Below, piece after piece: positions 9,572 through 19,427 of a stretch of DNA of 64,000 bases. The notes under the pieces were generated by a model that saw nothing but the letters and a program-made list of their open reading frames with translations, was not told the DNA's origin and did no database searches. Every line of letters begins with the position of its first letter. Within the stretch, counting starts at the first letter, position 1. A program made the translations under genes and the position numbers. Origin of the DNA: Pseudomonas aeruginosa PAO1 (lineage in GTDB: Bacteria; Pseudomonadota; Gammaproteobacteria; Pseudomonadales; Pseudomonadaceae); the NCBI RefSeq assembly GCF_000006765.1, contig NC_002516.2; one strand, given 5' to 3'.

Positions 9572-10585
9572 TTACTGGCGAAGCCAGCCGGCTTCCTGGA
9601 ACAGCGGGATGACGCGCTGGCGGTCCTTCTCGATGTAGCTCACCAGGTCCTCGCCAGCGAGGAAGGTCGGCGCCAGCGCCGAGCGTTCGACATAGTCCCT
9701 GAACTCGGCGGTCTGGCTGACCTTGCGCATCAACTCGACGTAGAAGGCGCGCTGCTCGTCGCTGACTCCGCCGGGCAGGAACACGGTGCGCGGGAAGCGG
9801 TACTGGTCGATGCCCAGGCCCTGTTCGTGGCAGGTGGGGATGTCCGCCCAGGACTGCTCGGCAGCGACCTTGGCGGTGTAGATCATGCGCTCGTGGCTGA
9901 ACACGCAGAGCGGCCGGACCTGGCCGCCGCGCCACTGGCTGAGGCTTTCCGCCGGGTTGTTGAGGTTGGCGGCGATGTGCCTGCCGGCCAACTGGATGGA
10001 CGCCTCGCTGCCGCTCTTGAAGGGGATGTAGGTCAGCTTGCCGCCGACCTGCTTGCCGAGCAGCAGGCTTAGAGTCTGGTCGACGTCCTTCGACTGGCTG
10101 CCGCCGAAGCGCATGCCTGTCGCGTCCTTCTTCAGATCGGCGAGGAACGCCGCGGCGTCCGCCCACGGCGCCGCCTGGTAGGTCCAGAGGATGAAGTCGT
10201 CCTCGGCCACCGCCGCCACCGGCGTCAGGTCGGTCCATTGGTAGCCCAGCCGGGCCACCAGCGGCAGCAGGTAGACATTGTTGGTGCCGATCACCAGCTT
10301 GTGCGCGTTGCCCTTGGCCAGCTTCAGGTCGAGGAAGGCTTCGGCGCCGTTGCCGCCGCCCTTGTTCAGCACCACGGTGTTGACGTCGAGCAGCTTGTTC
10401 TGGCTGATCGCCGACTGGACCAGGCGGGCGAGTTGGTCGGTGCCGCCACCGGGACCGCCGGCGACGACGATCTCCAGGTTCTCTTCGGGTTTCCAGGCAG
10501 CCGCCAGGGCGGGCAGGGCGGTGCAGCAGAGCAGGGCGCAAGCGGCCAGGAAGGAGGGGACGGAGCGCGCATATGCGGTACGCAT
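9572..10585 (-). CDS. tctC: Tripartite tricarboxylate transporter substrate-binding protein TctC/Bug
   Basis: Signal peptide; IVVAGGPGGGTDQLAR, NKGGGNG, YIPFKSGSEA motifs. Start at ATG 10585 with GAGG upstream. Confidence 0.9.
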   Translation of the reverse strand: MRTAYARSVPSFLAACALLCCTALPALAAAWKPEENLEIVVAGGPGGGTDQLARLVQSAISQNKLLDVNTVVLNKGGGNGAEAFLDLKLAKGNAHKLVIGTNNVYLLPLVARLGYQWTDLTPVAAVAEDDFILWTYQAAPWADAAAFLADLKKDATGMRFGGSQSKDVDQTLSLLLGKQVGGKLTYIPFKSGSEASIQLAGRHIAANLNNPAESLSQWRGGQVRPLCVFSHERMIYTAKVAAEQSWADIPTCHEQGLGIDQYRFPRTVFLPGGVSDEQRAFYVELMRKVSQTAEFRDYVERSALAPTFLAGEDLVSYIEKDRQRVIPLFQEAGWLRQ

Positions 10586-10641
10586 GGAGGACCTCTGGTT
10601 GTCATTGTTGTTATGGGTAGAGCGGAGTGTGCGAAGCGCAC

Positions 10642-10692
10642 CGATAAGCGTCCACTCAAAATAAGGCATACACCGATAGCCTGGGGTTATGA
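10642..10692. promoter_or_regulatory. Operator-like inverted repeat copy 1 (CGATAAGCG-N33-GGGTTATGA)
   Basis: Read directly. Same arm sequence and spacer as copies at 10720 and 15588; contains the T-N11-A box ATAGCCTGGGGTTAT. Confidence 0.6.
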
Positions 10693-10719
10693 GTGGAAGC
10701 GGATGTCGGATACCTGGAG

Positions 10720-10770
10720 CGATAACCGTAGGAAATGGCCGTATGAGCAGCTTTGATTAGACGGTTATCG
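10720..10770. promoter_or_regulatory. Operator-like inverted repeat copy 2 (CGATAACCG-N33-CGGTTATCG)
   Basis: Perfect 9-bp inverted arms in the divergent tctC/MFS intergenic region. Confidence 0.65.
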
Positions 10771-10851
10771 ATGGAAAGCCGGATAGTGGGCGTGCCGGAC
10801 CTGCCAACCCAGTTCCGCAGCACAAGAACAACAATAAAAGAGGTACGACCC

Positions 10852-12177
10852 ATGGCTCAGGCACAGACCGCCGTGCTCCAGGCTGATCCTGCCCAGGACA
10901 AGGCCACTGCCGCAAAACCCAGCAACGTCCGCTGGCGCATCTTCGCCATCGTCTTCGCCCTGACGGTGATCAACCTGGTCGACCGGGTCTCGCTGTCCAT
11001 CGCCATGCCCACCATCGCCGGTGAATTCCAGCTCACGCCGAGCATGCAGGGGCTGATCCTCAGCAGCTTCTTCTGGGCCTACGCGCTGTTGCAGATTCCC
11101 GGCGGCTGGCTGATCGACCGCTACGGCCCGCGCCGGGTGATCGGCTGGTCCACCGGCCTCTGGGGAGCCTTCCAGACCCTCGCGGCCTTCGCCAGCGGCG
11201 GCCTGTCGCTGATGTTCGCCCGGGTCGCCCTGGGCGCGGCGGAAGCGCCGCTGTTCCCCTCCGGCGGCAAGCTCAACTCGCTGTGGCTGGGCTCCAGCGA
11301 ACGCAGCCGCGGCGCCGTGCTGATGGACTGCGGAGGGCCGCTGGGCGTCGCTCTCGGCGGACTGGTCATCGCCTACCTGATCGCCGTGCTCGGCTCCTGG
11401 CGCAGCGCCTTCTTCATCGCCGGCATCGCCACCCTGGCCATGGCCTGGCTGGCCTGGCACTACCTGCGCGACGACCCGGCCGAGCATCCCGGGGTCAACG
11501 CCGCCGAGCTGGACCGGATCAACGCCGACCGCACCACCCCGCTCGCCGAAGCGGACTGCCAGGCCGGCGGAAGACTGGGCATCGCCGGCCGCTCCCTGGT
11601 CGGTATCGTCCTCGGCCGCGCCAGTTGGGCCATGGTGTTCTTCGGCCTGCTGACCTGGGGTCCTAGCTACCTGGCGCAGGCGCGCGGCTTCGATATCAAG
11701 GGTATCGGCGCCGCGACCTTCGTCATCTTCCTCTGCGGAGCCGTCGGTTCCCTGGTCGGCGGCTTCCTCTGCGACCTGCTGATCCGCAAGGGCGTGCGCC
11801 GCGGCCTGGCGGCCAAGGGCCTGCTGACGGTCTCGGGCCTCGCGGCGCTGGTCGCCTTCCTGCTGTTGCCGAGCCTGGAAGATGCCTATGCCGCCGTGAC
11901 CCTGCTGGCGCTGACCGCCTTCTTCCTGATGTGGGGCAGCCTGTACTGGAGCTTTCCGGCCTTGCTCGCCACTCCGGCCCGGGTCGGCCTGGTCGGCGGG
12001 GTGATGAACATGGCCGGCAGCCTCGGCGGCATCGCCGTGCCGATCCTGGTCGGGCTGCTGCTGCAACACCTGGGCGGATATGCCGCGGTGCTGGGCTTCT
12101 TCGCCCTCTGCTCGGCAGCCTTCATCGCCGGCACCCTGCTGATTTCCCTGGACAAGACCGAGGCAAAGCATGGCTGA
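10852..12177 (+). CDS. MFS transporter, anion:cation symporter (sugar-acid) family
   Basis: NLVDRVSLSIA, QIPGGWLIDRYGPRR, GAAEAPLFP motifs. Start at MAQAQ after GAGG. Confidence 0.92.
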   Translation: MAQAQTAVLQADPAQDKATAAKPSNVRWRIFAIVFALTVINLVDRVSLSIAMPTIAGEFQLTPSMQGLILSSFFWAYALLQIPGGWLIDRYGPRRVIGWSTGLWGAFQTLAAFASGGLSLMFARVALGAAEAPLFPSGGKLNSLWLGSSERSRGAVLMDCGGPLGVALGGLVIAYLIAVLGSWRSAFFIAGIATLAMAWLAWHYLRDDPAEHPGVNAAELDRINADRTTPLAEADCQAGGRLGIAGRSLVGIVLGRASWAMVFFGLLTWGPSYLAQARGFDIKGIGAATFVIFLCGAVGSLVGGFLCDLLIRKGVRRGLAAKGLLTVSGLAALVAFLLLPSLEDAYAAVTLLALTAFFLMWGSLYWSFPALLATPARVGLVGGVMNMAGSLGGIAVPILVGLLLQHLGGYAAVLGFFALCSAAFIAGTLLISLDKTEAKHG

Positions 12178-13129
12178 GCTGTACGACGGGCCGATCGTCG
12201 ACGCCCATCATCATTTCTGGGACCCGCAGGCGAACTACCACCCCTGGCTCGCGGAGGACGCCAAGATTCCGTTCCGCTACGGCGACTACAGCGCGATCAA
12301 GCGCCGCTACCTGCCGGCGGACTACTTCGGCGACGTCGGCGCACACCGGGTGGTCGAGACGGTCTACGTGGAAACCGAGTGGGACCCGCGCGATCCGCTC
12401 GGCGAAACACGCTTCGTGCATCACCTCGCCGAACGCCATGGCGCGCCCCACGCAGTGGTGGCGCAGGCCTGGCTGGACGCGCCGGACGCCGCCGAGGTGC
12501 TGGCGGCGCAGGCGGGCTTCGCACGGGTCCGCAGCGTCCGCCACAAGCCCGGCGGTCCGCAACGCCCGCAACAGGTCGGCGAGCTGCGCAGCCTGATGAG
12601 CGACGAGCGCTGGCGTCGCGGCTATGCCGAGCTGGCCCGGCACGGCCTGCACTTCGACCTGCAGACACCCTGGTGGAACCTCGCCGAGGCCGCATGCCTG
12701 GCGCGCGACTTCCCCGATACGCTGATCGTGCTCAACCACGCCGGCCTGCCGTCCGATCGCAGCGAGGAGGGGCTGGCCGCCTGGCAACGGGCCATGGCGC
12801 GCTTCGCCGAATGCCCCAACGTGGCGTTGAAGATCTCCGGCATCGGCCAGGCCGGCCGGCGCTGGAGCGTCGAGGACAACGCCTGGATCGTCCGCGAAAG
12901 CATCGCCCTGTTCGGCGTCGAGCGGGCGATGTTCGCCAGCAACTTCCCGGTGGACAGCCTGTGCGGCTCGTTCGACGACATCTATGGCGGTTTCAAACGC
13001 ATCGTCGCCGACCTGCCGTACGCCGACCAGGAACGGCTTTTCCATAGCAACGCGCGGCGCATCTACCGCACCGTACCCGACACCGTGCGCCTGCAGCAGG
13101 CGTCGCCCGACCCGAGGACTTCCCCATGA
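12170..13129 (+). CDS. Amidohydrolase_2-family protein, probable sugar-acid lactonase (2-carboxy-L-lyxonolactonase-like)
   Basis: IVDAHHHFWD, VLNHAG, LKISG, MFASNFPVD motifs. Specific function inferred from gene neighbourhood. Confidence 0.75.
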   Translation: MAELYDGPIVDAHHHFWDPQANYHPWLAEDAKIPFRYGDYSAIKRRYLPADYFGDVGAHRVVETVYVETEWDPRDPLGETRFVHHLAERHGAPHAVVAQAWLDAPDAAEVLAAQAGFARVRSVRHKPGGPQRPQQVGELRSLMSDERWRRGYAELARHGLHFDLQTPWWNLAEAACLARDFPDTLIVLNHAGLPSDRSEEGLAAWQRAMARFAECPNVALKISGIGQAGRRWSVEDNAWIVRESIALFGVERAMFASNFPVDSLCGSFDDIYGGFKRIVADLPYADQERLFHSNARRIYRTVPDTVRLQQASPDPRTSP

Positions 13130-14139
13130 ACGCTCCATCCCTACCGCGACTGGCCATGGTCCTGGGCGATCCGGCCGGCATCGGCCCGGAACTGATCGCC
13201 CGCCTGCTGGCCGACACCGAGGTGCGCGAGAAGGCGCACATCGTGCTGATCGCCGACGAAGCGGAAATGCGCCGCGGCATGCGCATCGCCGGCTGCGAAT
13301 TCCCCTACCGGCGCATCGACGCGCTGGAGACCCTGGATTTCGCCGACGCCACGCCACTGCTGCATCCCTGGCTCAGCCAGGGCGGGGACGAGTTCCCACG
13401 CAGCGAAGCGAGCGCCGTCGGTGGCCGCTACAGCCTGGAAACCCTCGCGCTGGCCCTCGAACTGACCCGCAGCGGCAGGACCGACGCGATCCTCTTCGGC
13501 CCGCTGAACAAGACCTCGCTGCACATGGCCGGCATGGACCACAGCGACGAGTTGCACTGGTTCGCCGAGCGCCTGGGGTTCGGCGGCCCGTTCTGCGAGT
13601 TCAACGTCCTCGACGACCTCTGGACCTCGCGGGTGACCTCCCACGTAGCCCTGGCCGAGGTGCCGGGCCTGCTCAGCCAGGAGCGGGTAGGGGAGGCGAT
13701 CCGCCTGATCGACGACGCGCTGCGCCGCAGCGGCCTGGCGCGGCCGCGCATCGGCGTCTGCGGACTGAACCCGCACAACGGCGACAACGGCAGCTTCGGC
13801 CGCGAGGAGCTGGACATCATCGCTCCGGCGGTGCAGAAGGCGCGCGAACAGGGCATCGCCGCCGACGGCCCGTATCCCGCCGACACCATTTTCCTCAAGG
13901 TGCAGGGCGACGCCCGTGCCTTCGACGCGGTGGTGACCATGTACCACGACCAGGGGCAGATCGCGATCAAGCTGATGGGCTTCTCCCGCGGCGTGACCGT
14001 CCAGGGCGGCCTGCCGATCCCCATCGCTACGCCGGCCCACGGTACCGCCTTCGATATCGCCGGGCAGGGAAGGGCCGACGTCGGCGCCACCCGCCAGGCG
14101 TTCGAGATCGCCTGCCGGATGGGCAGGCACAAAGCCTGA
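13126..14139 (+). CDS. PdxA-family NAD-dependent enzyme, probable 2-carboxy-L-lyxonate decarboxylase
   Basis: GDPAGIGPE, PLNK, GLNPHNG, GPYPADT, MYHDQG, TPAHGTAFDIAG motifs. Substrate inferred from neighbourhood. Confidence 0.8.
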   Translation: MNAPSLPRLAMVLGDPAGIGPELIARLLADTEVREKAHIVLIADEAEMRRGMRIAGCEFPYRRIDALETLDFADATPLLHPWLSQGGDEFPRSEASAVGGRYSLETLALALELTRSGRTDAILFGPLNKTSLHMAGMDHSDELHWFAERLGFGGPFCEFNVLDDLWTSRVTSHVALAEVPGLLSQERVGEAIRLIDDALRRSGLARPRIGVCGLNPHNGDNGSFGREELDIIAPAVQKAREQGIAADGPYPADTIFLKVQGDARAFDAVVTMYHDQGQIAIKLMGFSRGVTVQGGLPIPIATPAHGTAFDIAGQGRADVGATRQAFEIACRMGRHKA

Positions 14140-14311
14140 TCGCCTGCATGCGACGCGACAACCAGAGCGCCGCCCCTTCGTAACGCGCTCCCTGGCGCCT
14201 CCCTGTACCGTCGCGGCGGGGCAGGAGGCGTCGCACCTTCGACGAGAGACACATCGCCTGGAGCCGCAGCGCTCCACGGCTCGCTTCGGCCTGGGAAAAG
14301 GAAAAACAACA

Positions 14312-15562
14312 ATGACCCGTTCCGCTCCGAACCTGCTGAAATCCGCCTCGCTCGCTCCGGTCCTGCTGGCCGGCCTGCCGTCGCTCGCCGGCGCCGAGGG
14401 CTTTATCGAAGACGCCAGCGTCAGCCTCGGCCTGCGCAATCTCTATTTCAATCGCGACTTCCGCCAGCCCGGCGCGGCGCAGTCGAAACAGGAGGAGTGG
14501 GCCCAAGGCTTTCTCCTACAGGCGAAGTCCGGCTATACCCAGGGCACCCTGGGCCTCGGCGTCGAGCTGATCGGCCAGCTCGGCCTGAAGCTCGACAGCA
14601 GCCCTGATCGTGCTGGCTCCGGGCTGCTGCCACGCCACGCCGACGGACGCGCAGCGGACGACTACGCGCGACTGGGCGTGGCGCCGAAGCTGAAGCTGTC
14701 GAATACCGAGCTGAAGCTCGGCGAACTGCTGCCGGAACTGCCAATCCTCCTGCGCAACGACGGCCGCCTGCTGCCACAGACCTTCCAGGGCGGCATGCTG
14801 ACCTCCAGGGAAATCGCCGGCCTGACCCTGCACGGCGGGCAGATGCGTTCGCTCAGCCAGCGCAACTCCAGCGACCACCAGGACCTCTCGGTGGATGGGC
14901 GCGGCGGGGCGTTCTCCGACCGTTTCGACTACCTGGGCGCGGAGTACCGCTTCAATGCCGAGCGCAGCCAGGTCGGGCTGTGGCAGGCGCGACTGCAAGA
15001 CATCTACCGGCAGGACTACTACAGCTTGAGCCACAAGCAGAGCTTCGGCGGCTGGCGCCTGGGCGCCAGCGTCGGGCTCTTCGACACGCGCGACGAAGGT
15101 GCCGCGAAGCTCGGGGAACTGGAGAATCGCGCGCTGACCGGTTTCTTCAGCGCGACCCGCGGCGGCCACAGCCTCGGCGCCGGCTACCAGCGCATGTACG
15201 GCGACGACGGGATGCTCTACATCGCCGGCACCAGCACGCCGTTGGTCAACGACATCCAGGTGCGCAACTTCACCAGCGCCGGCGAGCGCTCCTGGCAACT
15301 GCGCTACGACTACGACTTCGTCGCCCTGGGCATTCCCGGGCTGACCGCCATGGCCCGCTACGCCAGCGGCGCCCATGCCCGGACGAAGGCGATGGACGAC
15401 GGCCGCGCCTGGGAACGCGACGTGGACGTCGCCTACGTAATCCAGAGCGGCCCGCTGAAGAACCTCGGCCTGCGTTGGCGCAACGCCATGCTGCGGTCCA
15501 ACCATGCCGCCGATGTCGACGAGAACCGCCTGATCCTCTCGTATTCCCTGCCGCTGCTCTGA
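14312..15562 (+). CDS. opdG: OprD/Occ-family outer-membrane porin (OccK subfamily)
   Basis: Signal peptide; LRNLYFNRDFR, EWAQGF, SGYTQG, DGRLLPQTF, ENRLILSY motifs. Position matches PA2213. Confidence 0.85.
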   Translation: MTRSAPNLLKSASLAPVLLAGLPSLAGAEGFIEDASVSLGLRNLYFNRDFRQPGAAQSKQEEWAQGFLLQAKSGYTQGTLGLGVELIGQLGLKLDSSPDRAGSGLLPRHADGRAADDYARLGVAPKLKLSNTELKLGELLPELPILLRNDGRLLPQTFQGGMLTSREIAGLTLHGGQMRSLSQRNSSDHQDLSVDGRGGAFSDRFDYLGAEYRFNAERSQVGLWQARLQDIYRQDYYSLSHKQSFGGWRLGASVGLFDTRDEGAAKLGELENRALTGFFSATRGGHSLGAGYQRMYGDDGMLYIAGTSTPLVNDIQVRNFTSAGERSWQLRYDYDFVALGIPGLTAMARYASGAHARTKAMDDGRAWERDVDVAYVIQSGPLKNLGLRWRNAMLRSNHAADVDENRLILSYSLPLL

Positions 15563-15587
15563 GCGCAGGGCCGCTCTCGCTGCTGCC

Positions 15588-15638
15588 CGATAACCGGCGA
15601 TTGGCTGATTGGTGAAAAGGTATTGCCTGGGGTTATCG
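15588..15638. promoter_or_regulatory. Operator-like inverted repeat copy 3 (CGATAACCG-N33-GGGTTATCG)
   Basis: Read directly upstream of the second MFS gene; shares GCCTGGGGTTAT with copy 1. Confidence 0.65.
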
Positions 15639-15747
15639 ATGAATGCGCAGAAGTGATTATCCGCGCGGGAGCGGCCTGGCTACAGTCGGCCCAACGCAAG
15701 CGGCCATGCCGCCTCCGCGTCGAACAACAACAAGAAGGAAGCCCTCC

Positions 15748-17070
15748 ATGAGCGCCATGAACGACCACGCCAGGCTGCTGTCCTCGGCGATCGCCACCAG
15801 CCGCCTGCGGCTCCTGCCTTTCCTGGTCCTGATGTATGTACTGGCTTTCATCGACCGGGCCAACGTCGGCTACGCGCGGGCCTTCCTGCAAGCCGACACC
15901 GGCCTCGGCGATGCCGCCTTCGCGTTCGGCGCAAGCATCTTCTTCATCGGCTACGCCTGCTTCGAGGTGCCCAGCAACCTGATGCTGCACCGCCTCGGCG
16001 CCAGGGTCTGGCTGTGCAGGATCATGGTCACCTGGGGCCTGGTCTCGGCGGCGATGATGTTCGCCGACGATGCCATGACTTTCTATGTCCTGCGCTTCCT
16101 GCTGGGCGTCGCCGAGGCGGGCTTCTTCCCCGGCATCATCCTCTACCTCACCTACTGGTTCCCGCAGCGCAGCCGTGCCCAGGCGCTCGGCCTGTTCTAT
16201 TTCGGCCTGCCGCTGGCGCTGGTGCTGGGCGGTCCGCTGTCCGGCTGGCTGCTGGAGTTCCACGGCATCTTCGGCCTGGCCAACTGGCAGTGGCTGTTCG
16301 TCACCGAGGGCCTGCTGGCCTCGCTGGTCGGCATTGCCGCCTACTTCTACCTGGTCGACCGCCCGCGCGATGCCGGCTGGCTGAGCGACGAGCAGAAGCG
16401 GGCGCTGGAAGGCGAGCTGGCCGAAGAAGACACCCGCAAACAGGCACGCGGCCCGCACGGCTTCCTCAGCGCCCTGCGCAGCGGCCAGGTGCTGAAGTTC
16501 TGCCTGGTCTACTTCACCATCCAGATGAGCGTGTACGGCGTGGTGTTCTACCTGCCGACCCGCATCGCTAGCTTCCTCGACGGCCAGGTCGGCCTGAACG
16601 TCGGCCTGATCACCGCGATTCCCTGGGTCTGCGCCCTGGTGGTAACGCGCCTGGTGACCCGCCAGGCCGACCGCAGCGGCCAGCATCGCCAGCTCGCGGT
16701 GGCCATGCTGGGCATGGCCGCAGCCGGTATCGCCGCCTCGGCGCTGGCCGGCAACCTGGGCCTGGCGGTGATCGCCTTCTGCTTCGCCGCGTCCGGCTTC
16801 GTCTCGGTGCAGCCGCTGTTCTGGACCCTTCCCACCGGCTACCTGAGCGGTGCGGCCGCGGCCAGCGGCATCGCCCTGATCAACTCCCTGGGCAACCTCG
16901 GCGGCTTCGTCGCGCCGAACCTCAAGACCCTCATGGAAAGCCAGTTCGCCGACCCGCGCGCCGGCATGTTCGCCCTGGCCGCCGTCGGCCTGCTCGGCGC
17001 CTGTCTGCTGGCCCGGCTGAAGACTTCCGGATCCTCGTCCGTCCCGCTGCGAGCGCGGCAGGCCGGCTGA
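15748..17070 (+). CDS. MFS transporter (ACS family, TtuB/RhmT-like)
   Basis: AFIDRANVG, FEVPSN, LGVAEAGFFPG, INSLGNLGGF motifs. Start at ATG 15748 after AAGGAAG. Confidence 0.92.
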   Translation: MSAMNDHARLLSSAIATSRLRLLPFLVLMYVLAFIDRANVGYARAFLQADTGLGDAAFAFGASIFFIGYACFEVPSNLMLHRLGARVWLCRIMVTWGLVSAAMMFADDAMTFYVLRFLLGVAEAGFFPGIILYLTYWFPQRSRAQALGLFYFGLPLALVLGGPLSGWLLEFHGIFGLANWQWLFVTEGLLASLVGIAAYFYLVDRPRDAGWLSDEQKRALEGELAEEDTRKQARGPHGFLSALRSGQVLKFCLVYFTIQMSVYGVVFYLPTRIASFLDGQVGLNVGLITAIPWVCALVVTRLVTRQADRSGQHRQLAVAMLGMAAAGIAASALAGNLGLAVIAFCFAASGFVSVQPLFWTLPTGYLSGAAAASGIALINSLGNLGGFVAPNLKTLMESQFADPRAGMFALAAVGLLGACLLARLKTSGSSSVPLRARQAG

Positions 17071-17100
17071 CCCACACTACGCACCGATAGGAGCTGCGAC

Positions 17101-18276
17101 ATGAAAATCAAATCCGTCCGTACCCGCGTCTTCGAATGGAAGGGCAAGGTCGTCCCGCCGCAGGCGCACTTCTGCACCAATGCCAGCGACATCCTGTTCG
17201 AGAAGGGAGACGCCATGGGTTCGTTCCGCTTCCACGGCTGGCTGGTGGTGGAGATCGAGACCGACGACGGCCTCGTCGGCATCGGCAACTGCGCCCTGGC
17301 GCCGCGCGTGGCGAAGGAAATCGTCGACCTCTACCTGGCGCCGATCTGCATCGGCGAAGACCCGTTCGACAACGAGTACATCTGGCAGAAGATGTATCGC
17401 CGCACCCACGCCTGGGGCCGCAAGGGCATCGGCATGGCAGCCATCTCGGCGGTGGACCTGGCGATCTGGGACATCATGGGCAAGGCGGTGAACAAGCCGG
17501 TGTTCAAGCTGCTCGGCGGCCGCACCAAGGAGAAGATCTGGACCTACGCCTCGAAGCTCTACGCCAACGACAACCTCGACGCCTTCCTCGAAGAGGCCCA
17601 GGGCTACCTGAACCAGGGCTTCACCGCGCTGAAGATGCGCTTCGGCTATGGCCCCAAGGACGGCCCGACGGGCATGCGCAGGAACATCGAGCAGGTCCGC
17701 GCGCTACGCGAACTGGCCGGGCCGGACATCGACATCATGCTCGAATGCTACATGGGCTGGACCCTGGAATACGCCCGGCGGATGCTGCCGAAGCTCGCCG
17801 AGTTCGAACCGCGCTGGCTGGAGGAGCCGGTGATCGCCGATGACATCGAGGGCTACGTCGAGCTGAAGAAGATGGGGATCATGCCGATCTCCGGCGGCGA
17901 GCACGAATTCACCGGCCACGGCTTCAAGGACCTGCTGGAGCGCCGCGCGGTGGACGTCATCCAGTACGACACCAACCGCGTCGGCGGGATCACCGCCGCG
18001 CGCAAGATCAACGCCATGGCCGAGGCCTGGTCAGTGCCGGTGATCCCGCACGCCGGACAGTTGCACAACTATCACCTGACCATGGCCAGCACCGCCTCGC
18101 CGATGGCCGAGTTCTTCCCGGTGTTCGACGTCGAGGTCGGCAACGAGCTGTTCTACTACGTGTTCAAGGGCGAGCCGCAGCCGGTCGACGGCTATATCCA
18201 GCTGGACGACCACAAGCCCGGCCTGGGCCTGGAGATATCCGAAGAGCACCTCAAGGATTTCATCATCATCGAGTGA
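17101..18276 (+). CDS. lyxD: Mandelate racemase/enolase-superfamily dehydratase, L-lyxonate dehydratase
   Basis: [33 protein letters not shown] motifs. Corresponds to PA2215 of the published PAO1 L-lyxonate pathway (from memory). Confidence 0.85.
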   Translation: MKIKSVRTRVFEWKGKVVPPQAHFCTNASDILFEKGDAMGSFRFHGWLVVEIETDDGLVGIGNCALAPRVAKEIVDLYLAPICIGEDPFDNEYIWQKMYRRTHAWGRKGIGMAAISAVDLAIWDIMGKAVNKPVFKLLGGRTKEKIWTYASKLYANDNLDAFLEEAQGYLNQGFTALKMRFGYGPKDGPTGMRRNIEQVRALRELAGPDIDIMLECYMGWTLEYARRMLPKLAEFEPRWLEEPVIADDIEGYVELKKMGIMPISGGEHEFTGHGFKDLLERRAVDVIQYDTNRVGGITAARKINAMAEAWSVPVIPHAGQLHNYHLTMASTASPMAEFFPVFDVEVGNELFYYVFKGEPQPVDGYIQLDDHKPGLGLEISEEHLKDFIIIE

Positions 18277-18303
18277 TAGTCGGAGCCCACAGGAGGAGCC
18301 GAG

Positions 18304-19299
18304 ATGCGGCTGATTCAATTCGAGGACCGGGCAGGGCAGCGCCGGGTCGGCGTCGTCGAAGGCGCCGGGATACAGGTGCTGCGCGGCGTGCGCAGCACGC
18401 GCGAACTGGGGCTGGCGGCGATTCGCGCGGGCAGCGGCCTGCACGACGAGGTGCTGCGCCGAGGCAGCGAGCCAGGCCCGGACTATGCCGGGTTGCTGGA
18501 GGAGGGAAGGGTGCTGCCGCCGCTGGATCATGACGACCCGGCCCATTGCCTGGTCAGCGGCACCGGCCTGACCCACCTGGGCAGCGCCGCGACGCGCGAC
18601 CGCATGCACCAGCAGAACCAGGGCGACGAGACCGCGCTGACCGACACCATGCGCATCTTCAGGTGGGGCCTGGAGGGCGGCAAGCCACCGGCGGGCCAGG
18701 TCGGCGCGCAGCCCGAATGGTTCTACAAGGGCGACGGCGGCATCGTCGTGCGCCCCGGCGCGGACTTCCCGCTACCGGCCTTCGCCGAGGACGCCGGCGA
18801 GGAACCGGAGCTGGTCGGGCTCTACCTGATCGGCGATGACCGCCGGCCTTACCGGCTCGGCTACGCCCTGGGCAACGAGTTCTCCGACCACCTGATGGAG
18901 CGCCGCAACTACCTGTACCTGGCGCATTCCAAGCTACGCGCCTGCTGCTACGGGCCGGAGCTGCGAGTCGGCGAACTGCCGCGCCACCTGCAGGGCGAGA
19001 GCCGGATCCTGCGCGACGGCGAAGTGCTCTGGCAGCAGGCGTTCCTTTCCGGCGAGGACAACATGTGCCACAGCCTGGAGAACCTCGAGTACCACCATTT
19101 CAAGTACGCGCAGTTCCTCCGTCCGGGCGACGTCCACGTGCATTACTTCGGTACCGCCACGCTGTCCTTCGCCGACGGGATCAAGGCTGCTCCGGGGGAT
19201 GTCTTCGAGATCGCCATGGCCGAGTTCGGCGCGCCGCTGCGCAATGGCATCGCCGCCGTCGAGACCGCACTGACGCCGGGGCGGGTGGTAGCGCTCTGA
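18304..19299 (+). CDS. FAH-family (AraD1-like) 2-keto-3-deoxy-L-lyxonate dehydratase
   Basis: GTGLTHLGSA, QPEWFYKG, EEPEL, GNEFSDH, YLAHSKLR motifs. Confidence 0.85.
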   Translation: MRLIQFEDRAGQRRVGVVEGAGIQVLRGVRSTRELGLAAIRAGSGLHDEVLRRGSEPGPDYAGLLEEGRVLPPLDHDDPAHCLVSGTGLTHLGSAATRDRMHQQNQGDETALTDTMRIFRWGLEGGKPPAGQVGAQPEWFYKGDGGIVVRPGADFPLPAFAEDAGEEPELVGLYLIGDDRRPYRLGYALGNEFSDHLMERRNYLYLAHSKLRACCYGPELRVGELPRHLQGESRILRDGEVLWQQAFLSGEDNMCHSLENLEYHHFKYAQFLRPGDVHVHYFGTATLSFADGIKAAPGDVFEIAMAEFGAPLRNGIAAVETALTPGRVVAL

Positions 19300-19427
19300 A
19301 GCCCCACCGCCGTGCATAGGCCGGAGCTCCACGAGAGACCCGCGGCACGGTTTCCTTCATTCCTGCGGAGCCTTGGCTCCAACCCCGCCGGCCATCCCCG
19401 GCGGGGCTTCCCCTGTATGAGGTCGAC

